A DNA stretch of 64,000 bases from Bacteroidaceae bacterium (GTDB lineage: Bacteria > Bacteroidota > Bacteroidia > Bacteroidales > Barnesiellaceae_A), in contig JAFXIZ010000016.1 of assembly GCA_017532725.1 (NCBI GenBank), forward strand, positions 43,317 through 107,316, given 5' to 3'. The translations under genes and the position numbers were made by a program. The notes beneath the pieces were generated by a model. That model was not told the DNA's origin. It was given only the letters and a program-made list of their open reading frames with translations, and did no database searches. Of the stretch, positions 37,653 to 46,437 are shown piece after piece (the first letter of the stretch is position 1; each line of letters begins with the position of its first letter).

Positions 37653-40600
37653 TTATTGCCTTATGATAACTATTTTTTTGCCGTTGGTCACAAATTTGCT
37701 CTCTCCAATTGATATGTAGGCGTAACAAACATACTCGCCGGGTTGGGCTGTTCCGTCGTACGTTGACAAGTCCCATACTACTTGAGTCGCGCTTGTGCGA
37801 CTTGTCCACACCTCATTTCCTGTAGCACTATCGGCAATAACATATTGTATTGACATCTCGTTATTGACAACACCGTCGATGCTGATGGTGGCTTGTGTCA
37901 TAACGGGGTCTTCGGCAATGTTTATGGTATATTGTTGTGTGGCATCGGCCTCAACGGTAAATGTTGTAGTTGCTTCGCTCGAATTTCCGGCATTATCGAA
38001 TACTTTAACGGTAATGCTATGAACACCTACTGACAGATTGTTAAGCGCGTAATCTATGCTACCACTGCCACAACCCATTGAGGGTGAGTAGTGTCTTGAT
38101 AGGTCGTTGCAAATGATATTGCCATCTAACCACAATGTCATAGCCTTACCCATCGACAACTCATTATTGGTGATTCCACTCTCCTCATCGCTGACGGTGC
38201 AGTGGAATGTGGTGTTGCTGTTTACAGCATCGCCTTCAACAAAATTCTCATCTCCTACCCATATATCCGAGATAGTGGGGGCTGTAATGTCGGGCTCCGA
38301 TTCGGCAATACCATTTATAAACATATTCTTATTATAACCTTTGGCCTCTATATCTTTGGTCGTATTATAGGCATAAAGGCTGATAAAACCTGTTGTGTCG
38401 CTTTGCAAGCATTGTACAGGAAGACGGAATGTGGCTGTAAACTTACCGTTAACGATTGTGTCGGCGGCTGTTACCAACTTGTATTTGTATAGATTGAATT
38501 TTTCGGTCAATGTAGTTGTACCCGATGATGATGACACACTTTCGGTTGCTACCTCTCCGGTGAAGGCATCATATACCTCGTAACACAATGTTCCGTTAAA
38601 GTCGGTAGCCTCTTTGCCTGCTGTGTCGTATATGCTACCTGTAATGGTTACCTCGCTGTTGGCAGGGGTTGCGATTTTGCTACCTTGACTTACAGTGGTG
38701 CCATTGATGGTTTCAACCTTGATGTCGTAGGTGGGTAGAGGAATGGCAAGAGCCGGATCGCCAATCAAGCAATATTTCAGTTTGTTTGGGTCGCTTGTAA
38801 TCTTGCCGTTTTTGTCGTATTGCAGCGTGGCTTTAGCGCGTCGCATCACGTCGCCAAGTCTTATCTTGCCATCGGCCGAGGGAATGAAAAACTCGCGTAA
38901 GAGTTCACGATTTATATCCTCATTACCATTGGTATATACGGTGCGTGTTGTGGTATATAGGGCTATAAAACCACCTCTGTCGTTCTTAAACAGTGCTTCG
39001 CCTACCGAGTTTTCATCTTTGTCGAAGGGGCATACGTCGCAAGTGGCAGTGATGAAAATGGGCCAAATGCTATTGGTCATCTCCTTGGCGTGTGTGATAT
39101 TGATGAGGTTGGTACCTATCGACAGGTGACCTGCGTGTCCCATATAATCGTATATCATAGCACCCTCCTCAAGATCTTGGAATATTTGTTCTTGTGAGCC
39201 TATGAATTTTTCTTCATTAGTTGAGTTGTATGCGCTGAGATATACTTTATCAACTATTATATGTTCTTGGTCTGCCTCTACGGTCAGTTTCGATACGTTG
39301 TTCATTTGGCGAATGTGCAAGTTGTTGTCGCCATTAAGACCTATAAAGCAAGCCTTGTTTTTCCACAAGTTGTTGATAGGTTTCTGATTGATGTATGTTG
39401 TCAACTTCTTATATACCTTTTGCGACTCCTCAAGGTTGCGTATGGGCATACGACCTATGCTTATCTGCATTGCCTCGGATGTGATATCTACGCCCGAATT
39501 GTCCTCCAAAAATCCGAAGTAGTCGTCGGTGACATACGAGTAGCGTTGGTCGGTGCTGCTTTCCGATTGGTAAGTTACCAACAGGATGTTATCCTCTTGG
39601 TGTAACTTGTCGGCTATGGCACGGTTGTTATATGAGCCACGACCGTAGAAGAGCAGGTAGCGAGGCGCATTACCGTAACCGGCCTGTGCGCGGTCGTAGA
39701 ACATCTTCATCATACGGCGTATGGCTGTTGCATCGGGTGTTCCTCCCGAGAACTCGTTGAAGATGGCAAGTTGGTCGCATACCAATACCTTCATATTGTC
39801 CATATCGCGGTGCAATTGTGCTATGCGCTCGGCTTCTTTGATGAAGTATCGGGTTGTCACGATAACCATATCGGGTATATCGTCTATTCCGTGAATATTT
39901 TGTGACTCTACGTTGCACACAAATTGAGGGGTGTTTAATGTGTCTTGCACGTCAAATGCAATGTATTCGTTGTAACTGAGTTGGTTGGCGTCGGGGGTAA
40001 AGGCTACCTTGCCTTCGACAACCGTAGTGGGTCGGATATATGGTTTGTTGACGTCCGATATATTCCATACTCTGATGTCCTTGCTGTTTCTATCCTTGAT
40101 GTCGATGGCAAAGTAGTTGCCGTCGATGGTTGTGCGACGGAAGTTCATTTGAGCATCGGTAAGTTCCAGACGACGTGTGTAGAATAAGCGAATATAGTCG
40201 AGGTGGAATTTGTTGAGTGTACCTGAGCCATTTGCGCTGAAGTTGAGCGAGAAATCTTCGGCTGCATCAAGGGTATAGTAGCGTTTAGCCTCCTTGATGT
40301 ATGTGTAAGAGTCGGATGCTCCCACAGTAACGTAAGGAGTGAGGGCTGTGCCATTGTATTGCGCAATGAGAGTGTATGTTGAGGTACTGTTGGCACCCAT
40401 CGAAATATATACTGTCATCTTGTCGCCTGTAATACCGGGGGCTTGCAGGTCGATAGTGCTATTGCTGATAAGATCCTCGCCCAAATAGAGGCGGCCGGTT
40501 TGTCCTAAGCATACTATATCTTGTTCGTGTAGGCGATATTCGTTGAAGGTAGTCATCGGTGTGCCTTCGGCTGCGTTGCCATCTACTATTTCAATCGCTT

Positions 40601-41051
40601 GTTGAGGGTGGCTCTCGGTAAGGAAGTAGTAGGTGGTTGTCGAATAATAGTTATTGGTGTGTGTCCAATAAGTTGTTCCCGATGTTCTTGTCCATTGTGT
40701 GCTACCCGAAGCGTAGAAATATAGGTCGCCATTCTCAACGTGAACAGGTATTGCTTGCAAGTCGTCGGTGTCGCTGTTGCTGAAGGTTTCGGGCAGCATA
40801 TAACCGTTTTGTCCGTATAGACTTACATTCGATGCGTCGGAGAAACCCCAACTTTGCAATGTTGCGGCATCAATGCGATGAATACCTTGTTCCGTAGTCG
40901 CTATCTTAACCCATTTGCCTTGGCTTAATACCGACTGCTCGGCATAGTGTGATGCGGGAAGTGCCGTTGTGTGCAGGTTGAAACATAAGGCTATTACTAT
41001 AGTAGTAACAAATTGTGATGTCGTGTGTAGTATGCTTATGAATTTTTTCAT
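37653..41051 (-). CDS. porU: T9SS sortase PorU (C25 peptidase family)
   Basis: 1132 aa. The N-terminus HYAEQSVLSQGKWVKIATTEQGIHRIDAATLQSWGF is typical of PorU. Gingipain-like catalytic contexts are YDYMGHAGHLS (His) and FITATCDVCPFD (Cys). It has a C-terminal beta-sandwich/CTD and is adjacent to porV. Confidence 0.8.
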   Translation of the reverse strand: MKKFISILHTTSQFVTTIVIALCFNLHTTALPASHYAEQSVLSQGKWVKIATTEQGIHRIDAATLQSWGFSDASNVSLYGQNGYMLPETFSNSDTDDLQAIPVHVENGDLYFYASGSTQWTRTSGTTYWTHTNNYYSTTTYYFLTESHPQQAIEIVDGNAAEGTPMTTFNEYRLHEQDIVCLGQTGRLYLGEDLISNSTIDLQAPGITGDKMTVYISMGANSTSTYTLIAQYNGTALTPYVTVGASDSYTYIKEAKRYYTLDAAEDFSLNFSANGSGTLNKFHLDYIRLFYTRRLELTDAQMNFRRTTIDGNYFAIDIKDRNSKDIRVWNISDVNKPYIRPTTVVEGKVAFTPDANQLSYNEYIAFDVQDTLNTPQFVCNVESQNIHGIDDIPDMVIVTTRYFIKEAERIAQLHRDMDNMKVLVCDQLAIFNEFSGGTPDATAIRRMMKMFYDRAQAGYGNAPRYLLFYGRGSYNNRAIADKLHQEDNILLVTYQSESSTDQRYSYVTDDYFGFLEDNSGVDITSEAMQISIGRMPIRNLEESQKVYKKLTTYINQKPINNLWKNKACFIGLNGDNNLHIRQMNNVSKLTVEADQEHIIVDKVYLSAYNSTNEEKFIGSQEQIFQDLEEGAMIYDYMGHAGHLSIGTNLINITHAKEMTNSIWPIFITATCDVCPFDKDENSVGEALFKNDRGGFIALYTTTRTVYTNGNEDINRELLREFFIPSADGKIRLGDVMRRAKATLQYDKNGKITSDPNKLKYCLIGDPALAIPLPTYDIKVETINGTTVSQGSKIATPANSEVTITGSIYDTAGKEATDFNGTLCYEVYDAFTGEVATESVSSSSGTTTLTEKFNLYKYKLVTAADTIVNGKFTATFRLPVQCLQSDTTGFISLYAYNTTKDIEAKGYNKNMFINGIAESEPDITAPTISDIWVGDENFVEGDAVNSNTTFHCTVSDEESGITNNELSMGKAMTLWLDGNIICNDLSRHYSPSMGCGSGSIDYALNNLSVGVHSITVKVFDNAGNSSEATTTFTVEADATQQYTINIAEDPVMTQATISIDGVVNNEMSIQYVIADSATGNEVWTSRTSATQVVWDLSTYDGTAQPGEYVCYAYISIGESKFVTNGKKIVIIRQ

Positions 41052-41072
41052 AACTGTATGGCGTGGTTTATA

Positions 41073-41687
41073 TTATTTTATGTTGAATTCGAGTACTTTA
41101 CGATTGTCGATATAGCCGGTAACGTGGTCGTTGATAGCTACGGGACCAACACCTGCCGGTGTGCCGGTGTATAAGATGTCGCCCATCTTGAGTGTAAAGA
41201 AGCGACTGACGTACGATATGATATTGTCGATGCTGTGTATCATATCGCGAGTGTTACCTGCTTGTACGGTTGTTCCGTTTAGTTGCAGCGAGAAATCTAC
41301 TCCTGTTTCCAATGGCAACTCCTCTTTGGCTACCCACGAGCCTATGGCTGCCGAGCCGTCAAATCCTTTCGATAGTTCCCAAGGTGCGCCGGCTGCTCGC
41401 AGTTGCTGTTGCAGGTCGCGTGCAGTGAAATCGACTCCTACGGTGAGCGCGTCGTAATATCGGTGAGCAAATCGTGGGGCTACATTCTTGCCTACGCGGC
41501 ATATACGCACAACTACTTCGGCCTCATATTCGATGCGATTGCTGTGAGGTGGCAGAAACAACGGCTTGCCATCCTTGAGCAAGGCTGTCTCGGGCTTGAG
41601 GAATACAACGGGGTATTCGTTCTCCTCTGGTCTGTTCATCTCGGCGTTGTGCGCTCGGTAGTTCCAACCTACTGCTATTATCTTCAT
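41073..41687 (-). CDS. fumarylacetoacetate hydrolase (FAH) family protein
   Basis: Trimmed to ATG at 41687 (MKIIAVGWNYRAHN...). It has the EAEVVVRI, FTARDLQ, PWELSKGFDGSA and GDILYTGTPAGVGPV motifs of the FAH fold. Confidence 0.8.
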   Translation of the reverse strand: MKIIAVGWNYRAHNAEMNRPEENEYPVVFLKPETALLKDGKPLFLPPHSNRIEYEAEVVVRICRVGKNVAPRFAHRYYDALTVGVDFTARDLQQQLRAAGAPWELSKGFDGSAAIGSWVAKEELPLETGVDFSLQLNGTTVQAGNTRDMIHSIDNIISYVSRFFTLKMGDILYTGTPAGVGPVAINDHVTGYIDNRKVLEFNIK

Positions 41688-41700
41688 TTCGGTTGCGTGG

Positions 41701-42345
41701 TTATTCAATAGCACCCATACGGTTGAACATTACAGCCAAATGGGCGTATATTGAGGTGTTCTGTATTACTATATTTTGTGGCACGCGCAGGCGATAGGGC
41801 GTAAAATTCCATATCGCGCGTATGCCGTTTTGTACCATATTGTCGGTTGCTTCCTGAGCCTTATCGACGGGTACGGTGAGGATACCTATGTGTGCATCCA
41901 ATTCGGCTCGCTTTTGTGCAAAATCGTTGACGTTGAATATAGGTATTCCGTTGATGTTGTCGTGGGGCAAGGGACGTATGTCAAATCCTGCAACAATCTC
42001 CAATCCGTATTGCACCAATCCCGAGTCGTGCATCAATGCTGCTCCCAAGCGTCCCACTCCATATACTATGGCGCGATGTTGAGAGGTAAAGCCCAAGAAT
42101 TGCTCCAGCACGTATACAAGCGAGTTGACCTCATAGCCTACACGAGTCTTTCCCGATATGTTGATGAAAGAGAGGTCTTTGGCTATTTGTGAGGCATCGA
42201 CGTTGATGGCCTTGGCTATTTGGGTCGATGATATATACTCGATACCTTGAGCCTGAACCAACTTGACATACGCAAGATACCAAGGAAGCCTATGCAATGT
42301 AGGTTCCGGCAATTTGGTGATTGTATTTGTGTTGGTTGCGTTCAT
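41701..42345 (-). CDS. rex: redox-sensing transcriptional repressor Rex
   Basis: Winged-helix N-domain (RLPWYLAYVKLVQAQGIEYISSTQIAKAINVDASQIAKDLS) and an NADH-binding Rossmann fold (VYGVGRLGAAL). Confidence 0.85.
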   Translation of the reverse strand: MNATNTNTITKLPEPTLHRLPWYLAYVKLVQAQGIEYISSTQIAKAINVDASQIAKDLSFINISGKTRVGYEVNSLVYVLEQFLGFTSQHRAIVYGVGRLGAALMHDSGLVQYGLEIVAGFDIRPLPHDNINGIPIFNVNDFAQKRAELDAHIGILTVPVDKAQEATDNMVQNGIRAIWNFTPYRLRVPQNIVIQNTSIYAHLAVMFNRMGAIE

Positions 42346-42372
42346 ATTGGTTGGGCAATACTATTCAAGATG

Positions 42373-42380
42373 CAAAGGTA
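42373..42380 (-). promoter_or_regulatory. -7 promoter box TACCTTTG for rex
   Basis: Plus strand CAAAGGTA, 27 nt upstream of the rex ATG and immediately after the terminator of the upstream gene. Confidence 0.45.
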
Positions 42381-42383
42381 ATA

Positions 42384-42420
42384 AATTGTCCCGTTTTTTA
42401 TGCAAAAAAACGAGACAATT
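42384..42420 (-). terminator. intrinsic terminator after the porU paralog
   Basis: The minus strand reads AATTGTCTCGTTTTTT-tgcat-AAAAAACGGGACAATT, a 16-bp stem with one mismatch, about 70 nt after the stop at 42490. Confidence 0.6.
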
Positions 42421-42489
42421 CTTTGTATCTGTTATTGTTAAGTACTTGGTAATAGAACGATGCTCCCAATGGGCTGCAATGGGTAGTAA

Positions 42490-45400
42490 CTATCGTGATG
42501 GGGCTACAAGCAGTTTTTGGGTTTTGGTGGCTATGTGCGTATTGTCGGTCGAGATGGTGGCTCGGTACAAATATACGCCTCCGGGTACTTTCGCACCACT
42601 GCTTGTTGTTAAGTTCCACGTTATGGGGAAGGTCTTGAACTTGTCGGAAGTTCCTTTCTTTTCGCTTTGCCATACGGGCATACCCATCAGGTTATATACC
42701 GAAATGGTTACTGTTACAATGCCGTCGGGTCGGTCGTGTTCGAGATAGAAATTGGTCGATGTACGTGCCGGGTTTTGGTCGGCATATACTTTGTATATCT
42801 CGGGTGTCAATCCCTTCTGAACGGTAAATTCTATCGTTACTGTTGATGAATTGCCTTCGTTGTCCCATACCCTGAAGGATAGGGTGTGGTAGCCCTCGCT
42901 CAAGTTGCTCAACGGGTAGCATATAGTACCCGATGTGCCTGTAGTGTCGGGCGAATAGTAACTGCTTATATCCGAGTAACTTGTCTGTCCGTCGAGGTTG
43001 ACGGTCATACAGTGTCCGATACCCGATGTCGAGAGGTTGATGCCCGATGGGTCGTTGAAGGCGGCGAATAGTACCGGCGATTCGTTGACAATATCTCCGT
43101 CGTTAAAGTCGGATGTATTCAGGTACATATAGGTTATATCGGGCCCTATGGTGTCGGTTTCTGTTACTTCAGCCATACCTCCGATTCTTATTGCCGAGTT
43201 GGCTCCACTTGCCTCTATTGCATCCCAACTGTGGGCGTAGAACAGCATCAGTCCGTTTTTATTGGAGAAACTTGTCTCCTTGGGCATACGGAATGATAGG
43301 CTGAATTTTCCCCCTCTTACGTTGGCTTTGCCCGAGAATAGTTTGTTGTTTCGCTCGGCAAACTCTACTTCTACACCTCCGTCATATCCGTGCGACTTGG
43401 TTGTTTGTTCGGCATCGTAAAGGTTGATATATACCTCTCCGTCAAAGTCGGTGGCCTCTTTGCCTGCCGGTGTGAGGATGCATCCCTCCAAGAATACCTC
43501 CGAGCGTGCTTCGAGGGTTATGTCTTTGTTGGCATCGGTGTTGTTGATTCGGGTTGCCACAACTTGGTGCGACGGGTATCCGAGTCGCATCGCGGGGTCA
43601 CCCAGCAGGGTATATACCAACTTATTGCTATCAGGGGCATATTTGTTGGGCGATGTAAGGTATTGCGATGTGAGGTAATTCTTTCCTTTTTTTATTATGT
43701 CGCCAAGTCGATAATGCTCGTTGTTCTCATCGCGTTCAAACAGGTAGTCGCCTATTGCGTTATTAAGACGACCGTTCTCGTTTATCCACGCTACGCGAGT
43801 GGATGATAAGAGTGCTATTGCGCCACCAAATTCGTTGAGGAAGAAGTATTCGCCACCCGATATCTCCTCCGAGTCGTAGCGACTGAAGTCGCACGTTGCC
43901 GTAAACATAAAGGGCAGATTCTTGATGTATAGCGACTTGATATCGTTGATGTTGAGCAAGTCCTCGGCAGTCCAACTTACGGGGTTGGCGTGACCTATGT
44001 AATCGAGGACTAATTGCCCCTCTTCCAACAACTGCATCATACGCTTTTTGGCATCGGGGAATGTGCGTCCTGTCGATGTGTTTACCTCGTTGTAGGCGTC
44101 GATATATACTTTGTTAATCAGTAGGTCGGGCTTGTCCTCAATCCAATATGATGCCACGCTCTCGGCTTGTCGCATATGTGTGCCCGAGTTGCCGTCATCG
44201 GCTACGATAATGGCTTGGTTGCGCCACGCTCCGTAGTGGGGCTTGTTTACATAGTTGTATAGTTTCTCTACAACAATATTGGCCTCTTCGCTACTCTTTA
44301 CAGGGAAGCGACCTACGCCTATGCTCATCAGGTTGGTGGCATTCCTTGAGTCGGCATCATCCTCGAGATATGTGAAAAAGTCGTCGCAAGTGTAGGAGTA
44401 AGTTTCATTCTCGCTGCGAGGGCTTTGGTAGGTGAGCAGGGTGGGATAATCGCACGTTTGTATATCGCTCGATATCTTGCGATTGTCATACAAGCCTCTG
44501 CCAAACAATAACAAATATTTAACTTGACGTCCCGAGGGGTTGGCCTTGGAACGGTCGTAAAACATCTTCATCAGTCGGCGATATGCCACTCCATCGGGAG
44601 TACCTGAAGAAAATTCGTTGAAAACCAAGTCGTGCTTGATAACGTGTACCTTCATCGAATCGACACTCTCGTGCAAGGCTGCAACTTGTTGTGCTTGATT
44701 GAGATATGCACCCGGAGCCAATATCACCATATCGGGTATCTCCAATGCGTGAAGATCTTGATTATTGATATTGCCTACGCCGGTGGGAGTGGGGAATGTT
44801 GCCGAAGGATTGAATGCAATATATTCCCTATTGTGTTGTGCCGGGCTGAATAATGCTTGCTCGCCCGACAGAGTGTATTCAACGTGCAGTGGAGTGTGTG
44901 CTTTTGTTATGTCCCAAATGATGCATTTGCTGTTCATCCCGGATACGGCAAGACTATTGCCATACTCCATACTGTGTACCCTGAATTTTACCGAGCCGTT
45001 GTACAATTGCAACTTGCGTTTGTACGAAAGCCTGATAAAGTCGAGTCGGGCATTGATAACGTTGCCTCCTGATTGGAATGTGATGGAAAAGTCCTCCGTT
45101 CCACCGCGAGGAGTAACGGTGGTCTTGGGGGTAATGTATTTCATAAACTCATAAGTGTTGTCGGTATTGGCTTTTATCTGCCAATTGCTTCCACTTGATA
45201 TGAGTGAGCCGTTATGATATACCTTCAGTAATCCGGTGCTGCCCAATATCTTGGCTCCGAATGCAATTTCTACAAGCATCGGTGTATGAGTGTCGATGCC
45301 CGGTATGTTGAACGAGAATTTTTGTGTCTGTGTATAGCGAAAATCCTCACCGAAAAACATTTGCCCGGTCTTACTCATTGAGGCCGATTCTACTTCGTGC

Positions 45401-45927
45401 AGAGAATATCCGTCAAATATATCTATCACTGTTCCGTCGGGTGTGGCAAGTCTGGCTGCTTCGGTGGCAACGGCACTGTCGCTATTCTCGGTAATAAAGT
45501 AGTAACCTGCTGTTGCGTAGGTGTTTTGTCGTTGCTTCATCCTGCCATCGGATTTGTCGTACCACCATTTTACGGTGCCTTGTGCGTAGAAGAGAATACG
45601 GTTGTTGTTATGCACAACGGGTATCTGTGGCAAGTCATCCACATCGTTGGTGTTATAAGTTTCGGGTAAGAGGTTGCCTCCGTAACCGTATATGTGTACG
45701 CGCGACGGGTCGCTGAAGCCCCAATCCTTCAGTTGCGAATAAGATATTTCGTGAATGCCACTTTGGGTAACACTTACCTTGTACCACTTACCACTGCTCA
45801 ATACCGAGTGCTCGGCGTAATGCTCGGTGGGCAGTGCGTGGGCAATAAAAGTGTTGCCTATTGCTATACTTATAACCCCTATTAAGGTTACAAGCCTATA
45901 TATGTCTGTAATTCGTGTCAATTTCAT
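42490..45927 (-). CDS. second PorU-like C25 family peptidase (paralog of 37653-41051)
   Basis: 1145 aa and colinear with PorU. Paired segments: HYAEHSVLSSGKWYKVSVTQSGIHEISYSQLKDWGF versus HYAEQSVLSQGKWVKIATTEQGIHRIDAATLQSWGF; FNEFSSGTPDGVAYRRLMKMFYDR versus FNEFSGGTPDATAIRRMMKMFYDR. Catalytic contexts are retained: LDYIGHANPVSW (His) and FMFTATCDFSRYD (Cys). Confidence 0.75.
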   Translation of the reverse strand: MKLTRITDIYRLVTLIGVISIAIGNTFIAHALPTEHYAEHSVLSSGKWYKVSVTQSGIHEISYSQLKDWGFSDPSRVHIYGYGGNLLPETYNTNDVDDLPQIPVVHNNNRILFYAQGTVKWWYDKSDGRMKQRQNTYATAGYYFITENSDSAVATEAARLATPDGTVIDIFDGYSLHEVESASMSKTGQMFFGEDFRYTQTQKFSFNIPGIDTHTPMLVEIAFGAKILGSTGLLKVYHNGSLISSGSNWQIKANTDNTYEFMKYITPKTTVTPRGGTEDFSITFQSGGNVINARLDFIRLSYKRKLQLYNGSVKFRVHSMEYGNSLAVSGMNSKCIIWDITKAHTPLHVEYTLSGEQALFSPAQHNREYIAFNPSATFPTPTGVGNINNQDLHALEIPDMVILAPGAYLNQAQQVAALHESVDSMKVHVIKHDLVFNEFSSGTPDGVAYRRLMKMFYDRSKANPSGRQVKYLLLFGRGLYDNRKISSDIQTCDYPTLLTYQSPRSENETYSYTCDDFFTYLEDDADSRNATNLMSIGVGRFPVKSSEEANIVVEKLYNYVNKPHYGAWRNQAIIVADDGNSGTHMRQAESVASYWIEDKPDLLINKVYIDAYNEVNTSTGRTFPDAKKRMMQLLEEGQLVLDYIGHANPVSWTAEDLLNINDIKSLYIKNLPFMFTATCDFSRYDSEEISGGEYFFLNEFGGAIALLSSTRVAWINENGRLNNAIGDYLFERDENNEHYRLGDIIKKGKNYLTSQYLTSPNKYAPDSNKLVYTLLGDPAMRLGYPSHQVVATRINNTDANKDITLEARSEVFLEGCILTPAGKEATDFDGEVYINLYDAEQTTKSHGYDGGVEVEFAERNNKLFSGKANVRGGKFSLSFRMPKETSFSNKNGLMLFYAHSWDAIEASGANSAIRIGGMAEVTETDTIGPDITYMYLNTSDFNDGDIVNESPVLFAAFNDPSGINLSTSGIGHCMTVNLDGQTSYSDISSYYSPDTTGTSGTICYPLSNLSEGYHTLSFRVWDNEGNSSTVTIEFTVQKGLTPEIYKVYADQNPARTSTNFYLEHDRPDGIVTVTISVYNLMGMPVWQSEKKGTSDKFKTFPITWNLTTSSGAKVPGGVYLYRATISTDNTHIATKTQKLLVAPSR

Positions 45928-46073
45928 TTTTCGCTATTTGCCTTCTTATATAACGATGGCAATTGGGCTTTATTGTATAGGGTGCGAATTTACGCATATT
46001 ATCTTAAAAATGGTGATGTTTTGTTTATCATTATGCCCGTTTTTTGTATCTTCGCCATACTAAAATTGTAACT

Positions 46074-46418
46074 ATGGCAAAAGATAACGATTGGAAAGAC
46101 CGACTATCGGTGGTGTATTCTACCAATCCCGATTTTCGATATGATACAGGCGAGATAGAAGAGAGCGAAACATTGCCCCCAGCCAAGCAAAACTTGCGTA
46201 TAAAACTCGATAAGCGTCACCGTAACGGCAAGGCCGTAACGCTTATTACCGGCTTTGTGGGTACAAGTGCCGACCTTAAGTCGTTGGCAAAACAACTGAA
46301 ATCGGCTTGTGGCGTAGGTGGCTCGGATAAGGATGGCGAGATACTTATTCAAGGTGACCATCGTGAAAAGGTGCTTGCCATACTTATTAAGGATGGATAT
46401 AAGGCTCGTATTATATAG
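46074..46418 (+). CDS. yciH: translation initiation factor SUI1/YciH family
   Basis: Trimmed to ATG at 46074 ([19 protein letters not shown]...). [21 protein letters not shown]...[26 protein letters not shown] is the SUI1 fold signature. Confidence 0.85.
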   Translation: MAKDNDWKDRLSVVYSTNPDFRYDTGEIEESETLPPAKQNLRIKLDKRHRNGKAVTLITGFVGTSADLKSLAKQLKSACGVGGSDKDGEILIQGDHREKVLAILIKDGYKARII

Positions 46419-46437
46419 TGCTTAAGTGTGATTTGTT

